Positions 1 through 11,241 of a stretch of DNA of 22,406 nucleotides are shown here, piece after piece. Source of the stretch: Ancylonema sp. (lineage: Eukaryota). Made by a program: the position numbers and the translations under genes. Where the stretch lies: the NCBI GenBank assembly GCA_050230475.1, contig JBFLGF010000037.1:62001-84406 (forward strand). The letters run 5' to 3'. The notes under the pieces are model-generated. The model was not told the DNA's origin and did not search any database. It worked only from the letters and a program-made list of their open reading frames with translations. Within the stretch, counting starts at the first letter, position 1, and each line of letters begins with the position of its first letter.

Positions 1-582
1 GAGCACTCGGTGCTACCTTAAAAGATTTAACGCGCTTGACTTGAAGGTTTCTCGATTCGTCAGTCAGATAACTCAGGGTCGCACACTTCCTTGGGAAACT
101 TCCGATTTTGGTTCATATCACTTTCGTCTATGACTGCAATATTTCTAAAGTTCCTACGTGTCTGAGGGGGGTCAGGGAGATAGAACCACAGCAACGGCGC
201 ACTCCGTACATAACCTCGAATAAATAGCCCATCACCGTCATTCAAGCTCTAGTGATCTGTTTATGGAATCCGCAATCCCGCTCAGCGCTCAGATCGGCTG
301 TCACGGGGGGTGGCGGGAGCTGTTGAGGAAGGGGCGATATGATACATTGACGGAATTCATAACTCCGTCCGAAATTCGAAGATTTGGATTTGGGGGTCGG
401 CCGCAAGAGTGCAGGGGACTATCAGTCGGTATCGATCGATTCCACTTAGTCTGACAGGCTTCACAAGTGCTATATTCAAATGCAGGGCTCGTTTCTTCAC
501 ACGTCTATTTGCACCAACCTGTACACTCCTAGACTTGACCAGAACCAACTGGATATGGGACGCCTAGTTCATTCTAGTTCAG

Positions 583-2454
583 GTGCAGTCTCTTGGAAGC
601 CAGTCATGCCATCCTTTGATCGGTGCTTCCAGTGCAAATGAAGGGTGGAGAGGAACCCTCGATGTCTCTCTCAATCCCTCTTTCTTTCTCGATTTCTTTC
701 CAGTATCAGCTTCTGCCACCTCCCCATTGGCACCTAGCCCTGCTCTCGGCGTTAGCCAAGAAACTTCGTCCCTTGCCATCCCACTGCTTTCTGCCCATGA
801 GGTAAAGAAATCGCGAGGAGCGGCACAACTGCCATCAAATGACACCAGAGCCCCTCACTGTGCGCCAGCCGCCCCCCTTTGCGCCAGGTTCACACTGCCC
901 TTCTGTCTCGCCCCCCCCACGCCCACACCTCGTCCTACGCGGCCTTCTATTCTTCCGTCATCGGGGGCATTACCCTGGACCCGGCGGGTATGGTTCTACC
1001 CATGGACGACCACATGGTGCACCGCGGCCACGGTGTGTTCGATACAGCGCTCATCTTCGACGGCTTCCTGTACGAGCTGGACGCACATCTGGACCGAATC
1101 CTGACCTCGGCTGCCAAAGCCAAGATTCCGCTGCCGGAGCCAAGGGAGAAGTTGAAGGACATCCTCCTGCAGTTGGCAGCTGGTAGGGGCGGATGGGCGG
1201 ATGGGCGGATGGGTGGATGGGGGGGTGGAGGCTGGTGCTGCTTGATTGGTCCTCACCGTTTGCGTTTGTGTTTTTTATTGTGTGGGTGGGTGGTCCAGCT
1301 GCCAACATCTCTCGGGGCAACCTGCGGTACTGGATCTCTGCTGGCACGGGGGGCTTCAGGTAGCTCTAAAACAATCTCACCACTTTTATACATATATGTG
1401 CCAGAACAACCTGGATACTGACTACTGTATTCTTCCATTGTGACTGGCTGTTAGCCACCAATCTTTTCAATCGTGTTCAATATCAACGTATTCTCATATT
1501 GTTCATGATCCGATTTTGTCTATTATTGATATAAGTTCTAGCCATTCATTCTGAATGCTCGTCCACTTCATGAACTTACTATTAGTATTGAGACTCCCCG
1601 AATGTAATATCTACTCAATATCGTATTACCATATTTGTACTTGGTATAACATTCGAAAAAGAGCATGAATCGGAAATAAGAAGATAGTAATACTAGTGTC
1701 GTTATTGTTTCATGTGTCCCACCTCAGTTTATCCCTAAAGGAATGCGAGCGCTCCCACTTCTACGCCATGGCCATCCACAACCCCTCCCTGGGCCTCCCC
1801 CCCCGCGGAGTGAAAGTGGTCACCTCCTCCATCCCCATCAAGCCCCCCCAGTTCGCTTCCATGAAGAGCGTCAACTACCTCCCCAACGCGATGGTGCAGT
1901 TGGAGGCAGAGCAGGCGGGGGCCGCGGCGGGAATATGGTTGGACCAGGAGGGGTTCGTGGGGGAGGGGCAGAGCATGAACTGTGCGGTAAGGCCACCTGC
2001 CAACCTGCCAACCTGCCAACCTGCCAACCTGCCTCCCACTGCTCCTTCACTTTATGATTTTTTTTGTGGGGGGGGGTTGCTTTATGTGCAGTTTGTGACC
2101 CAAGAGGGGGAGTTGTTGGTCCCTCGTTTTGAGCCCATCCTGGCCGGCTGCACCATGAAGCGGGTGATGCGGTTGGCGGAGCAGCTGATGGGGGGGGGAG
2201 TGAAGGGGATCCGGGTGGGGAGGGAGAGTGTGGAGGAGGGTCGTCGTTGTGCAGAGATGATGTTGTGTGGTAGCGGGGTGTTGGTGGAACCGGTAATGCA
2301 ATGGGATGACCACGTGGTGGGGGACGGGGCACCGGGGCCGGTTACCCTTAAGCTGCGGGCTCTTTTAGAGGAAGACCTTGGTGCAGCAGAGGACCCACAA
2401 CGGATTCGCATTCCATCGTGGGTAAGAAGGGAATGTGCAACAGACACGCAATAG
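583..2454 (+). CDS. DAAT: Class IV PLP-dependent aminotransferase, plant D-amino-acid transaminase / 4-amino-4-deoxychorismate lyase type, probably plastid-targeted. Predicted exons 583-801, 888-1182, 1299-1359, 1728-1986, 2092-2454. First coding exon unresolved (candidate ATG 263).
   Basis: Family-typical peptides: AAFYSSVIGGITLDPAGMVLPMDDHMVHRGHGVFDTA, LYELDAHLDR, LRYWISAGTGGF, FASMKSVNYLPN (PLP lysine, codon 1864-1866), GEGQSMN and ILAGCT. GT..AG introns at 802-887, 1183-1298, 1360-1727 and 1987-2091 join these in phase. The Ser/Pro-rich N-terminal part resembles a transit peptide. A possible extra donor (GTAAGA, 2422) makes the last codons uncertain. Confidence 0.9.
1995..2033. repeat. 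Intronic 8-bp tandem repeat (ACCTGCCA), about 4.9 copies
   Basis: Read directly. It lies inside the in-frame 105-nt intron 1987-2091 and explains the spurious PANLPTCQPANLP in the ORF track. Confidence 0.9.
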
Positions 2455-2563
2455 CCGTCTTTTTGTCCTTGTCATAGTGGGTCTCGATCCGGTCAAAAGA
2501 TGTTTTGGTTGGGTTCGGATCACGATCGGAAGAACAGTGATTACGACTCAACTATGATCCATG

Positions 2564-2626
2564 TTGTTACATTTGTTACATTTGTTACATTTGTTACATT
2601 TGTTACATTTGTTACATTTGTTACAT
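2564..2626. repeat. 9-bp tandem repeat (TTGTTACAT) x7 downstream of the DAAT stop
   Basis: Seven perfect units read directly, followed by a degenerate TTGTTAAAA. Confidence 0.95.
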
Positions 2627-3919
2627 TTGTTAAAATTTTCCTTGTGATGGGCGCTTGGTTGGTGTTGTGCAGGGAAAGAAGGCGGAGGGGAGTCAATGCA
2701 TGTCTTTGTCTATTATCTTGATGTAAATATAGCTTTCTAGATAGAACTTGTAGATACAGCTTTCTTGATACTTGGGTGCGCAAGGAGTTAAGTTTATTAA
2801 AGAATCGAGTCTAAGCTTGTTGGGCTTTGTATCCTGTTTTGCAAGGCAATGAAAAACAGAAGGTGGTTGAAAATCGAAGCAATTTCTTATCAACTCACCG
2901 TGGCTCGTACTAGAGGCTAGTGAGTCGGACATATCCGATCCCTGTGGTTTGTTGTGCGTGAAATGACCCTGATCGCTACAAGAATATGAACATCCGCCTC
3001 TGGTACACGGAAATATGATTTAACATCGACGATAATGATTCCTGTGGCGATTGACCTATGACTTATCAATAGTTGTACATAGTTGGAATGGCTTTTCATG
3101 TAGCAACATAGAAGCAAGTCAACTCCCGGCACGTTACATGTAATATATGACAATGATCAAGGACCGGGGTCTGTCCGGTCTGATTCCGAACCTGTATCCG
3201 TTTTTTGGGCTTCAGCGTCGGACCGGCGGTAGTGGGATACTTTCGGCTTAATTAAAGGGTTTCAAAGCTATTCGGTAAATAAAACATTTCTTGAGAGAAA
3301 GTACACGCTGAATTGGATGATGACGCCAAGACAACTTGCTCAAGGCAACATGTGAACAACACATTTTCTTTTTCACTTTACTTCATTCGCGAAGTCCGTC
3401 GATACAATGACACACATTTCAAATTCTAATAGCAAACGTCCCTATACAGTGTATAAGGACACCTCGTTATAAGGACAAAATTTTAATTTTTGGGTTTTGA
3501 AGAGTTCCCGTCTAATTCAGAGCTTACTAGTTCCATTAGAGGAAATCCTTACTCGCCCTGGTCCTCTGAATTGTATGAATCCGTTATATTTGCTCTGAAC
3601 TGCCCGACCTTGTGCCGCAAACTACGTCCGTAGTCCAGAATGAGTACTTCGCTACCCCGAATTCGCGGGAAGGCATGGCCGCAACGTGATTTTGCGTGGC
3701 CTCGTTGGGACGGGGCTGAGAAGATGGACTGGTAAAGGGAGAGGCCCAGCGTAGCCATAAAGTTCAACTGCCTAGATTGCTAAAGACTTTTGTGAGAAAG
3801 ATTGTAAAGAAGATGAAAAGTTGCTGCAGAGAACCGCCACTGGATGTGTTGAGTCGGTATGGAAAAATTTCGATGTCGGGTTAACCGGGCTCGCGGAGGG
3901 CCAAGGTAGCAGATCCAGG

Positions 3920-4281
3920 CATAGATATACCCGCCCGCGGGCGGGAATATTTTCGCCCGCCTCCGCCCGGCCGCCCGTCCCGGGCGCGCTGAATTTCGGG
4001 ATTTCAAGAAAGCAAGTTCAAAGAAGCATAGCTTCTAGACGTTTTATGAAATTCTTAAAAAAAAAAAATGTTTCATGTAGATGAGATTATGTAGTTGAAA
4101 TTAGCACTTTTTATTTTTTTATTTCGATCAGCGTCGAGTTTTACAACTGAAAACACCAGAACCCTAAAAAAGCTCTATATACCCGCATGCGGGCGGGACA
4201 TTCCCGCCCGCGTTTCGCCCGCGGGCGAATTTGCCCGCGGGCGCCGCCCGGCGGAGATTTTGTCGGGCGTGTACATCTATG
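3920..4281. mobile_element. Non-autonomous hAT-type MITE, 362 bp
   Basis: Perfect 8-bp target-site duplication GATCCAGG at 3912-3919 and 4282-4289. TIRs CATAGATATACCCGCCCG versus CATAGATGTACACGCCCG (reverse complement of right end), 16/18 matches. GC-rich CGCCC/GGGCG subterminal repeats surround an AT-rich core. Confidence 0.9.
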
Positions 4282-5864
4282 GATCCAGGAGCCAGGAGGT
4301 CTTGAGTCAGGACTGAGTCAAATAGCCACGGCGACTTCCGCACGGGCCGTCACGTCAACCCCGCCTCCCGCCGTGTCGTCAGAACCCACCACCTGTGTTG
4401 ACTCTCCGGCGGGGATGAGAGATGGGTCCCGACCGCCTGAATGCTCGCGGCTGGCATTTCGGTTGACCAGCTCCAGTCGGTGGAGGCGAAAAAAACGGCG
4501 TTGGTTGTGCACTTAAGTTCCGGTTCAGGGCGGTCCTTCCTAGCGGTACCCACTCGGTGTTGTATACGTCTATTACTGAAGACTCGCCACGAAGATATTA
4601 CAAATTTGCAGAAATTTAGTCCGCGACTTTTGGCCCGAGTTTCCCTTATCAATATGATTTTTTCACCCAACTTATCAAAACATGCGAGTAATGCGATACT
4701 TCATGTGTTGCAACTAGGGTTGGGGCGCACCCCCAAAACCCTTTGATTAGCGAGTTGTCTTTTTGGGGCGCAACCCCACGCAGCCCCAAAAAGCAATACA
4801 CAGCCCCGAGCCGATTATCATCCCTCATAACATAAAAGAGGTTTCGGTGCATGTTGTTGCAAAGACAACATCCCAGTTGTAGAAAAGAAGTGTGGATGAA
4901 CAATTCGAAAGCTTAACAATTTTCAAAATTGTTTAGGGGACACTCGTTGTAGACTTCGTGTTTGAGCGTCTTGATGGAACGATGTGTGTACTGCGCCGTT
5001 GTTTGCCGGCAAGATAGTGATATTGCATTTCCACAAAATATCTTCTCAAATATAATGATTTTGACCTCTAATAAAACAAAAAAAACAGGATTTTTTTTTG
5101 GCCCCTAGCCCAAACAAGGGATCCGTGCCGTGGCTTCAATTAGGGTATTTGTTTTTTTGCTTCTAAAACCGACGATGCTATAAGAAGTATCACCACAATA
5201 ATGCCGAATGTGTTTTGTTGGGGGAAGAAAAATCCGCCACAAGGGCATCATCTCAAATAATGTCCTTGGTTCAATCTATCTCTCTAACATTGAAGACTTA
5301 ACAAAAAGAATTGTAGCGAAAATACAGTGTGCAACCAACATGCCCATGCATACATGAGCCTTGATAGTTGTAAACATAAACTTGAGTAAAAGGTGGATAC
5401 CCTACTTCGGAGAGATCCATTCCCATTGAGAGGCCAAAGCTTAAAGTTTAGTTGTGCTTCCTTCAACAGAGCGATCCGTGACCCCTCCAACAAAAAGTGT
5501 GAGAGAAAACCACGTATATGCATGAAATCCCACTCGTGACAAACCTCATACATAAGATACTCGCATAACATAACATGACATAACACTTACCCTTCAACTC
5601 GAGTAAGTTGTGTTATCACTAACGCGGATTGCTTACATTGCTACGGAAAAAAAGCCGCAGAGAATCACATTTTATTAAGTTTATTTACTCAAGTGCAAAG
5701 TGAGCACAGGTTACCCTCACCCCGTCTTCGATATCCTCTTGGCACTCTAACAATTTACGATATCGCATTGAGGTTTCAACTTGACTATTGGAGTAAGGGC
5801 TTGTGTCCTCACCATGATTGGAAAAATAACCATTTATGGATTCCAGACCAAGTCAAGTCCCTCT

Positions 5865-7883
5865 TCACTTGTCCGGATGTCTGAACTGCGCTAGATGGGT
5901 AGGATTCGTTCTGCAATACATGATAGAGACAGGAGAATATGTATGGGATGACACAGGTCGTATGCCACCTTTCTTGTAAGGCGACTCAGACTCAAGTATG
6001 TTGACTCAATTATGATGACTTGGGAAAAACTCTTCTGTTGGAGGCAAATCCATTATCTCGAAGGCAATTCATCCCTTATATTTAAAATGTATTAAAACTC
6101 CTCCATGGAAGAACGACAAGAAGCTCAAATATTCGCCATCGGAGCTACAAGTCACAAAGGACCTCCCCCATCCAACTATAGCCACTTTTGTCTTCCGCAA
6201 ATGTCCCCCATCCTATCATTTTTCTAACGGATCCCCCATTCTCAACACTACATTTGTTTATATCACGAGATGTATGTTTGTTGTGGTACATAAAAATAAG
6301 TGGTGGCAAAACACACACCTGAAGCACTGCGCTCCATACTTGCAGTCAGGACGGCCTTGACTCTTGAGCCCACCGAAATCCCCGCCCTCATCTTCCTCAT
6401 CCTCCTCATCCAAACCCGTGGCCCCATTAGATGTTTCATCTTCATCAACAATAAATCCATCTAGGTCCTCATCTTCCTCCTCTTTCTCCTCGTCCATTTC
6501 GTCCCATCCCTTGGACTCCTCTTCACCATTTTCGTGCAGCCGCTTCCTTGCGCCGTGAGGGTTTGCTTGTGCAAGTTGCCATTCATCCTCGTCCTCCCCT
6601 CCCACATTTTTGTTGCACCACTTCCTTCCTTCGCCTCCCTCTTCATCTTCCTTCTTATGACTCAACTCCCAATGCCACTGCCCTTCCAACTTTCTCAGCT
6701 TGGATTCATAAGGCTCAAATTCGTGGCCATCGACAACAGCTCCAAACTCTGCATTCCAATTCAGGCTGAATCAGCCCATTGATCGCGAACTTCAAATGGA
6801 TGCACACTTGAGTTGTATGGCACAGATTCTATTATCCAATAAAAATAAGTCGGCGAAAATCGAGTTCAAGGTCTAGTTGGATAGGCGAGTCCACTCTTCT
6901 GATCGGAGCTCCTTGTGTACAACAATCAACGGACGACATCTTGAGAAACAGGGCAAATAAGAATATCTCGAGCGAGGGGTGACCATGCAAAAAAAACAAT
7001 CACCTTTGACTGGATCCAGCCCATGAACTCCTTCTAGGAGTCGAACTATTAACGCATCATCAGGCATGGGGTCTGATTGCTCATCACTACGTCTGAAGTC
7101 ACACGATGCCGAATCTGCACCTTGTCCAGCAACTGAAGTAGCTACACTGCCACCGACCTCGTAATTTATCCTGTCTGCGGACTCTGTATTATGATGCAAT
7201 TGGCTTCTAGACTCAGGAACTTCGGCGTCCTTAAAGCTGTACTTCTTCTTCTTCTCGTGCTTTGCAACTGGATCGTCTTGACTCTCTTGATTTCTTTTGG
7301 CTTCAATGCCAGTAGTTGAAGAGCGAACTGGTGCTCTGTCGCCATCAGGTTGTTTTTTTCTCTTGATGGAAGGACAGGCGCTTAATTTGTAGAAATTGGG
7401 AGAGCGTAGGGACAGCGATATACTGTCGCCAGGACAGAGCCAGTACGACTCTCCCTGTCTCAAAATTTTCAGCTCAACGATAGGCGAAGACCCTGACAGA
7501 CCAGCAGCTGTTCGCAAAGCACAAGTTGGATTTCTACCTATTGACACCACCTTCAACTTCACTCCAGATGTAGCTGGCTCCTCGGTGTTCGGTACTGCTT
7601 CACAGTCTAGCTGCGCGCAGATGATTGCCTGTCTGCGTGACACCGAGTTGTCTTCTGGCCCTACAAGATTGCTTCTCCCAACTATGGTATCCACGTCGAC
7701 TGCCACTTGGATTATAGTTCCAATACCAGCCAACTCCTAATTCCTGCCGTCTCTCGCCGAATTAAAAAATCCAGATGTCGTCGTAGAGTGTGCCGGGTCG
7801 CGTCCGTGAGGTCCAAGCTTGCCCCAGAAGGCCGTTCTGTAGGCCACCTTCTGTACCAGAAAGTGGTCTACCGTACCCGCCAT
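5865..7883 (-). CDS. APLF-like protein (aprataxin and PNK-like factor): N-terminal FHA-like domain, acidic tract, single C-terminal PBZ zinc finger. Predicted exons 7883-7848, 7736-7004, 6748-6319, 5910-5865 (414 aa).
   Basis: FHA-type IVGR...SVSRRQA...GRNP...L.PGD.ISL. Splicing 6319 to 5910 rebuilds CKYGAQCFRTNPTHLAQFRH (C-x5-C-x6-H-x5-H, PBZ consensus) followed by PDK-stop. Splicing 7004 to 6748 gives DPVKEFGAVVDGHEF. A D/E-rich tract contains DLDGFIVDEDE. All introns are GT-AG and in phase. Exon 1 (MAGTVDHFLVQK) is the least certain. Confidence 0.82.
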
Positions 7884-8345
7884 ATTCCATGTCCCAGCAA
7901 AACCCAACTCGAAATAATACATCGATGCCCCAGCAAACCGCCCACCCCCTTGGGAATTCATTTTCGCGCCCCAGCACCCTTCCGCCCACCCCTTTCCCGT
8001 CCATTAATTATCTACAGTCGCCCCACCATTAGGGTGGGGCCCAACCGCCAGAATCTCAACGGTCGGCGGTGGGCCAGTTGCCAACCGCCTCCAATCGCCA
8101 CCCAACTGGCCCAACTGCCACCCAACCGTCCGACCGCCACCCAGCCGTCCAGCCGCCACCCAGCCGACCAACCGCAACCCAGCCGCCCAACTGTCATCCG
8201 ACCGCCCAACCGCCAACGGCTGGAAGGCGGTTGGGCCGGTTGGGTGGCGGTTGGAAAAAAAAGCTTTGTTGTGGGATACGCTTCGTAGAATGTTTTGTAA
8301 CTGTGAATATATTGGTGGTTTTTTCAATTATAGATCACACTCGGT

Positions 8346-8505
8346 TATTCACGATGGTCAATGGTGTGTTTCACATTACATTTCGTATGTTGCTCGTTAC
8401 GAAAAGGTTAGCATGAGTGATCGTTTTTCTTTAAAAATATATGATGTTGAGAAATTGGTTCTCTCTTTCATCGCGGTGATAATATTTCTGCGTACAAAAT
8501 TGTGT
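8346..8505 (+). repeat. Dispersed ~150-bp direct repeat, copy 1 (copy 2 at 11037-11190)
   Basis: TATTCACGATGGTCAATGGTGTGTTTCACATTACATTTCGTATG...ATAATATTTCTGCGTA occurs at both places with only a few differences. Confidence 0.9.
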
Positions 8506-9402
8506 TTGGTTTTTTTAATCCTTGAATTCATTGAACTTTTCGCACTTCTTGGTCTGTTGATGGTGTGAAATTACATTATGCATCGACGATACACTTACGC
8601 AACAAAGCGTTCACCCACTCATAGGGACTCCGAACACGTATTAAACAAAATGCAATAACGTACAAATTATGTAAGGAAGAGAACAGAAACGACAGCCAAC
8701 CGGTTCAATGCGACACTAATCATCACTGAACATTTCATCTTTGGCTGTGAGGCACATGTGTTCGATCTATTTTGGCCTGTCTACATCACTGGTAATCGGA
8801 TAGTCAATGGAGGCAATGTGAGAAACTAGAACTCTGTACAATGAGTTAAATTTGGGTTGTGTCGATGTGTGGATTTTGTAGATGATTACTCAAGGATAAT
8901 TTGAGTGAAATAATTAGTTGATTTGGAGTTGTGGTTAGAAAGATATGGATTTTACAAGTATTACGTTCTGAGTGCAAATTAGGGGTACAGACGGTACACC
9001 GTCAGAACTTTGAATTGGTCGACACGCGTCATGCGTGGTCTGAATCGAGTGATTTTAATTGTGTTGTGTTTCATTTAGGATGTTACACGTGTTGACAGAA
9101 GTTGGTGATTTTTGGACACGTGTAAGGATTGACAGATAACGTGTTGACTTTACAAGACACTAGGTGTGAGATAGTGACACATAAGTGATACGTGGGTATG
9201 CTTAGAGGTCAGGGGCTGTCGATCCCAGAAGTTGCATCAGTTAGGATTTGCGTTGGTTTGTACTAAGACTCTCGAGTCTGAAATTTCTACTATATTTTTT
9301 AAGAATAATTTCTTGCAAGGAGACCATGATGAATTGATATATGAATTCTGAATTTGCACTTGTTGAATACTTTGCTTTTACAGAAAGGAGAGTAGTGCAC
9401 GT

Positions 9403-11034
9403 TCAATATGCAATAGGCAATGCATTGTCCCCGCTCGCCATAAATATCTCTCTGAGAGTGTACTTTGTCCCGCTCCCCACATCGTCCAAGTCTTCGACCT
9501 CGTCGTCTTCAAGCAGACCCATTTCGGTGAGGGTGGCAAGGTTGAACTCATCCATTACAACCTCCTCCTCAGTGGGGTCGACGAAGGTCGTGTCAGCGTC
9601 CGCCGGGGTCATGGGGGGAGGGACAGGTCCGTGCAGGTGTAGTGGGTCAAAGGGTGGAGGGTTGGCTGCCAAGACGAAGGGTACCGCAACAAGAGGCAAC
9701 TCTACCGTCGGCGGCTTGGGGAACCACTTCGACTGGCGTATGTCCTCGGCACTCATCCTTTCATTCTTCTTCCCATTCTGCTCTTGGTTGATCTCCGCAC
9801 GAAGGATTGCCATCTTCACATGGCGTTCAGTACCCAGACGGCATCTACTGCTGGTCCCCATTGAACCCATATTGGACCAGAACCGTTCCAGCGCTGCAGA
9901 GTGAGGGACGATGGACACCAAGAAGATGCCGAGTGCGGCCAGTTCAGGGGCGACATGTAGAAAGTCGTCCCAGTATCGAAGGCCCCCAAAGTTGCCGTCT
10001 CCTTGGAACTCACCAGTCATGTTGATGTAGTCTTGAAACTGAGAACCCCAAAAATATATTATTAAATATATCCCACAATTGTACTCACTAGTGTGGATCA
10101 CGGCACGTGAAGCATAACTCACCTGTCTTTGAAGCCTCTGTAGAGTTTCCTCACTCGCATTCCCATCCACGTATCGCTTGTACAGTTTGACGAGAAGTTG
10201 CCGCAGGTTTTCTGACGGTCCCCATTCTGCATGTTCCATCGCCCGGTTCGCCCGGTTTTGTGGTTGTAAAGCATAGGCGACCATGAGGAGATCTTGGTCC
10301 ATCTTACTCCACCGTTTTTGCAGCAAGGGGAGTTGCGGGTGCCAATAATTTGAGTAATCATGAAAGTTGATATACATCCCTATCTATTTAGTGAAGGCTT
10401 ATTTCCATCTACCTCGATCGCCTTCAGCATGACCTCCCGAATCTCCATGTTCTTGATGTTGGCAAAGATGTGGGAAAGTTGGCCCATGCGCTGCGTTAGA
10501 CCCCCTACTGTCGCGTCATCTCTTTCCAGGTCTACATTCACCACCTTCGTCGGGACCACAACTTCCACCACCTGACATCACAAGAAGGGACCCATGTGAC
10601 ACATAAGTTTACCACTGTTACGGCAGTCAGGCAACCAGGGAGGCAGCCAGCCATCCCGCCAGTTAACCAACTAGCGAGTCACGAGGGCGGGGAGACAAGT
10701 GGGCTGGCAATCAGGCAGCCAGCCATCCATACATCCAGCCAGCTGGGCAGAATTGAATAGAAGGATAAACTCACCTCTACGATTTGAGTCCAAAGCACAT
10801 CATCCTTGCACGCATCCATCACTTGCTGCGCTTTCTCCTTCAGTGCTGCAGTACAGGCCTCTTTCACCAGCTCCACTTCCATCTATATGGCGATGACTTT
10901 GAGAGCCTTGACCATCTACATGGTGGAACCCATAGAAATAATATAATGGGTTAAAACCGAAATCGAAAAGAGCCCAGCGTGTTAATGCCATGAAAAAGGT
11001 TACATCGTACCTCTAGAAGAGCACACAGGGCATC
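9403..11034 (-). pseudogene. hAT transposase, C-terminal half, intron-containing and decayed. Predicted exons 11034-11011, 10915-10775, 10571-10413, 10317-10123, 10038-9403.
   Basis: hAT C-terminal dimerisation signature YWDDFLHVAPELAALGIFLVSIVPHSAALERFWSNMG..R.RL, including the catalytic Glu of SxxxER, plus KRW...LLMVAYALQP. There is an in-frame TAG at 10885-10883, and one acceptor reads AA instead of AG (10319-10318). Confidence 0.85.
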
Positions 11035-11035
11035 N
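11035..11035. other. Single N, probable contig join or assembly gap
   Basis: An n base, with an abrupt switch from transposase coding sequence to a copy of 8346-8505. Confidence 0.85.
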
Positions 11036-11036
11036 A

Positions 11037-11190
11037 TATTCACGATGGTCAATGGTGTGTTTCACATTACATTTCGTATGTTGCTCGTTACGAAAAGGTT
11101 AGCATGAGTGATCGTTTTTCTTTAAAAATATATGAGGTTGAGGAATTGGTTCTCTTTCATCGCGGTGATAATATTTCTGCGTAATTGTGT
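11037..11190 (+). repeat. Dispersed ~150-bp direct repeat, copy 2, followed by a poly(A) tract at 11210-11237
   Basis: Near-identical to 8346-8505. The 28-A run is read directly. Confidence 0.9.
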
Positions 11191-11203
11191 ATTTTAAAAA
11201 TAA

Positions 11204-11241
<38 letters not shown>

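Larger units (their letters stand above)
8030..11034 (-). mobile_element. hAT DNA transposon, one terminus plus the 3' part of the transposase, truncated at the N
   Basis: Begins TAGGGTGGGGCCCAACCG, an hAT-like TAGGG end. A dense array of CCAACC(G)/CCAGCC motifs follows, with inverted copies to about 8255. An hAT transposase points toward this end. No second TIR is in the window, so the link between end and transposase is inferred. Confidence 0.65.

Noticed and set aside
2500..2783. ORFs with VTF and TNV repeats, and a possible CRISPR-like array
   Set aside because: These are translations of a 9-bp tandem repeat with no spacers, in a eukaryotic 3' flank.
3444..3485. TACAGTG...TATAAGGACA direct repeat resembling a Tc1/pogo-type terminus
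   Set aside because: No matching inverted end was found in the window, and it is too short to call.
4715..5110. TAGGGTTGGGGCGC...CCCCTA with GGGGCGCA.CCCC motifs as another hAT MITE
   Set aside because: The ends match over only about 5 bp and the flanking 8-mers differ, so there is no TSD.
7707..8416. Pro/Gly/Trp-rich ORFs on both strands
   Set aside because: They come from CCAACC subterminal repeats and the antisense of the APLF-like 5' region, with no domain features.
9020..9200. Repeated ACACGTGT and GTGTTGAC motifs (G-box-like)
   Set aside because: Spacing is irregular, the motifs lie downstream of the transposase, and there is no defined unit or boundary.
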